From Nitrospinales bacterium (GTDB lineage: Bacteria > Nitrospinota > Nitrospinia > Nitrospinales > JAJDAT01), in the NCBI GenBank assembly GCA_046757665.1, contig JBHHYO010000012.1, positions 1 to 48,988 on the forward strand: a stretch of 48,988 bases of DNA, in the 5' to 3' direction. Position 1 is the first letter of the stretch. Each line of letters starts with the position of its first letter. The notes under the pieces are model-generated. The model was not told the origin of the DNA and made no database searches. It worked only from the letters and a program-made list of their open reading frames with translations. The position numbers and the translations under genes are program-made. Positions 47,548-48,988 of this stretch are shown here, in pieces.

Positions 47548-48141
47548 TTACACTTTTTCGATCTGCGAAAACTCCAACTCCACCGGCGTCGCCCGCCCAA
47601 AAATGGAAACCATGACTTTCACTTTCCCCTTGTCGGGGTTGATTTCCTCCACCACCCCGGAAAAATTCAGGAACGGCCCTTCGATGACCCGCACGCTCTC
47701 CCCGACCTCAAACTGCACCTTGAGCTTGGGCTTGGAGGATTCCCCCTTGATCTGGTCCATGATGGTCTTCACCTCTTCCTCGGAAAGAGGGGAAGGCAGA
47801 CTGGTGGTTCCACCAGGGAAACCCGTTACTTTCGGGGTGTTTTTGATCATGTACCAGACATCCTCATTCATATCGATATTGATGAGGATGTATCCGGGAA
47901 AAAACTTCCGCGAGGTGACTTTCTTTTTCCCCTGGCGGATTTCAATGACCTCTTCCGTGGGGATCACCACCTGGTCGATTTTCTGCTGGGGCTCGACCTC
48001 GCCCTCGTCGTCCGGCTCTGCTTCGGTGGCGATTTCCACTTCTTCTTTTAGTCCGGCGCGCACGAGTTGCTCTTCCAGGCTCGTTTTCACTTTGTTTTCA
48101 TAACCGGAGTAGGTATGAATGACATACCAGCCCTTTGCCAC
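47548..48141 (-). CDS. nusG: Transcription elongation factor NusG
   Basis: [24 protein letters not shown] domain [11 protein letters not shown]. Confidence 0.97.
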   Translation of the reverse strand: MAKGWYVIHTYSGYENKVKTSLEEQLVRAGLKEEVEIATEAEPDDEGEVEPQQKIDQVVIPTEEVIEIRQGKKKVTSRKFFPGYILINIDMNEDVWYMIKNTPKVTGFPGGTTSLPSPLSEEEVKTIMDQIKGESSKPKLKVQFEVGESVRVIEGPFLNFSGVVEEINPDKGKVKVMVSIFGRATPVELEFSQIEKV

Positions 48142-48155
48142 AACATGCTCCTGAG

Positions 48156-48344
48156 TTAAGACTTAATAAGACTTTCGACAATCTTCGATAACACCGTATC
48201 GACGATGCCCAAATAAACGGCGATGAGAAATACGGTGATCAAAACGACGACGGTGCCGCCCATCGCTTCTTTGCGCGACGGCCACGTCACTTTTTTGACC
48301 TCCACCCTGACTTCTCTTAAAAATTTGACGGCTTTATCGATCAT
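48156..48344 (-). CDS. secE: Preprotein translocase SecE (single-TM)
   Basis: FLREVRVEVKKVTWPS followed by one TM helix. Confidence 0.95.
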   Translation of the reverse strand: MIDKAVKFLREVRVEVKKVTWPSRKEAMGGTVVVLITVFLIAVYLGIVDTVLSKIVESLIKS

Positions 48345-48354
48345 AAATTAATCA

Positions 48355-48429
48355 CAGGCCAGGAGGGATTCGAACCCACAACCCCCGGATTTGGAGTCCG
48401 GTGCTCTAACCGTTAAGAGCTACTGGCCT
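48355..48429 (-). tRNA. tRNA-Trp (CCA)
   Basis: Acceptor stem AGGCCAG/CTGGCCT, anticodon arm CCGGA-CTCCAAA-TCCGG, TTCGAAT loop; 3' CCA not encoded. Confidence 0.95.
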
Positions 48430-48555
48430 ATGGAACAATCCTATCGAGGCTTTAAAAGGTCCAAGGTCTGAGGCGGCGATATCAACCCTCCCGAAAAAAA
48501 ACCGCCGCCGTCGCCCAAACAAATCTTGCAACCGGATTACAAATTCAAAAGCGGA

Positions 48556-48705
48556 TTACCGCGTTTCCTTATGAGGCGTATGCTTTCTGCAAAATCTGCA
48601 GTATTTTTTCAATTCGAGTCGATTCGGAGTTTTTTTCTTGTTCTTTGTGGTCGAATAATTTCTCCGTTTACACTCTCCACAAGCCAGCAAAATAATGTCC
48701 CGCAT
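48556..48705 (-). CDS. rpmG: 50S ribosomal protein L33 (Zn-binding type)
   Basis: [24 protein letters not shown]…[17 protein letters not shown]. Confidence 0.97.
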   Translation of the reverse strand: MRDIILLACGECKRRNYSTTKNKKKTPNRLELKKYCRFCRKHTPHKETR

Positions 48706-48806
48706 TTTTCTTCCTGCTCCCAAACGAACGTATTGAGGAAATTTCCAGCCACACGCCGGCCCCCATTTCCCGGCCAGCCCCAACCGGCGGCCGTTAATCC
48801 TGATGA

Positions 48807-48878
48807 AGCCCACGATCGGGATTGAACCGATGACCTCTTCCTTACCAAGGAAGCGCTCCACCACTGAGCTACGCGGGC
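48807..48878 (-). tRNA. tRNA-Thr (GGT)
   Basis: Acceptor stem GCCCGCG/CGTGGGC, anticodon arm TTCCT-TGGTA-AGGAA, GGTTCAATCC; followed by TCA rather than CCA. Confidence 0.95.
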
Positions 48879-48907
48879 CCCTTCACGGTTATTTATCCAA
48901 ACAACCC

Positions 48908-48984
48908 TGGAGCGGGAAACGGGACTCGAACCCGCGACCCTCAGCTTGGAAGGCTGACGCTCTAGCCAACTGAGCTATTCCCGC
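48908..48984 (-). tRNA. tRNA-Gly (TCC)
   Basis: Acceptor stem GCGGGAA/TTCCCGC, anticodon arm TCAGC-CTTCCAA-GCTGA, encoded CCA. Confidence 0.97.
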
Positions 48985-48988
48985 AATT

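Noticed and set aside
48706..48864. Long N-terminal extension of rpmG in the ORF track (also the extended starts of murA, rplX, rplN, infA and the GT2)
   Set aside because: These extensions overlap tRNA-Thr or upstream genes; downstream starts match the family N-termini
48355..48988. tRNA genes as integration sites for an island or prophage
   Set aside because: No integrase, duplicated tRNA 3' end or compositional shift seen in the window

Overview
About 49 kb of bacterial core chromosome from a diderm, LPS-producing organism. The gene order rho-rpmE-prfA-prmC-murA and the RNA polymerase inserts suggest a Nitrospinota/Nitrospirota/deltaproteobacteria-like lineage; this is inference, not a database result. 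Positions 17.7-49 kb are one uninterrupted minus-strand translation/transcription supercluster: tRNA-Gly, tRNA-Thr, rpmG, tRNA-Trp, secE, nusG, rplKAJL, rpoBC, str, S10, spc and alpha genes. Positions 9.7-15.7 kb hold a rho-rpmE-prfA-prmC-murA-waaF unit. The rest is a mix: queG, a TPR lipoprotein, an HDAC-family deacetylase, a ClpC-type ATPase, a DUF5989 micro-membrane protein, a GT2, a DUF2007 zinc-ribbon protein, an Ala/Gly symporter, DUF4124, a PRC-barrel protein, a PflX-like radical SAM protein and a YkgJ-type Cys-cluster protein. I see no mobile elements, CRISPR arrays, rRNA or clear-cut novel system. The best leads are: (i) a Cys4 insert and an extra BBM2-like module in RpoB; (ii) rpmD, map and the second tuf missing from their usual positions, with a possible decayed tuf 3' relic; (iii) a ClpC with a ClpB-like N-domain next to a deacetylase; (iv) speculative DUF5989/GT2, DUF2007/transporter and PflX/YkgJ pairings; (v) several clear promoters, including a probable Rho-autoregulated leader and a possibly leaderless queG.
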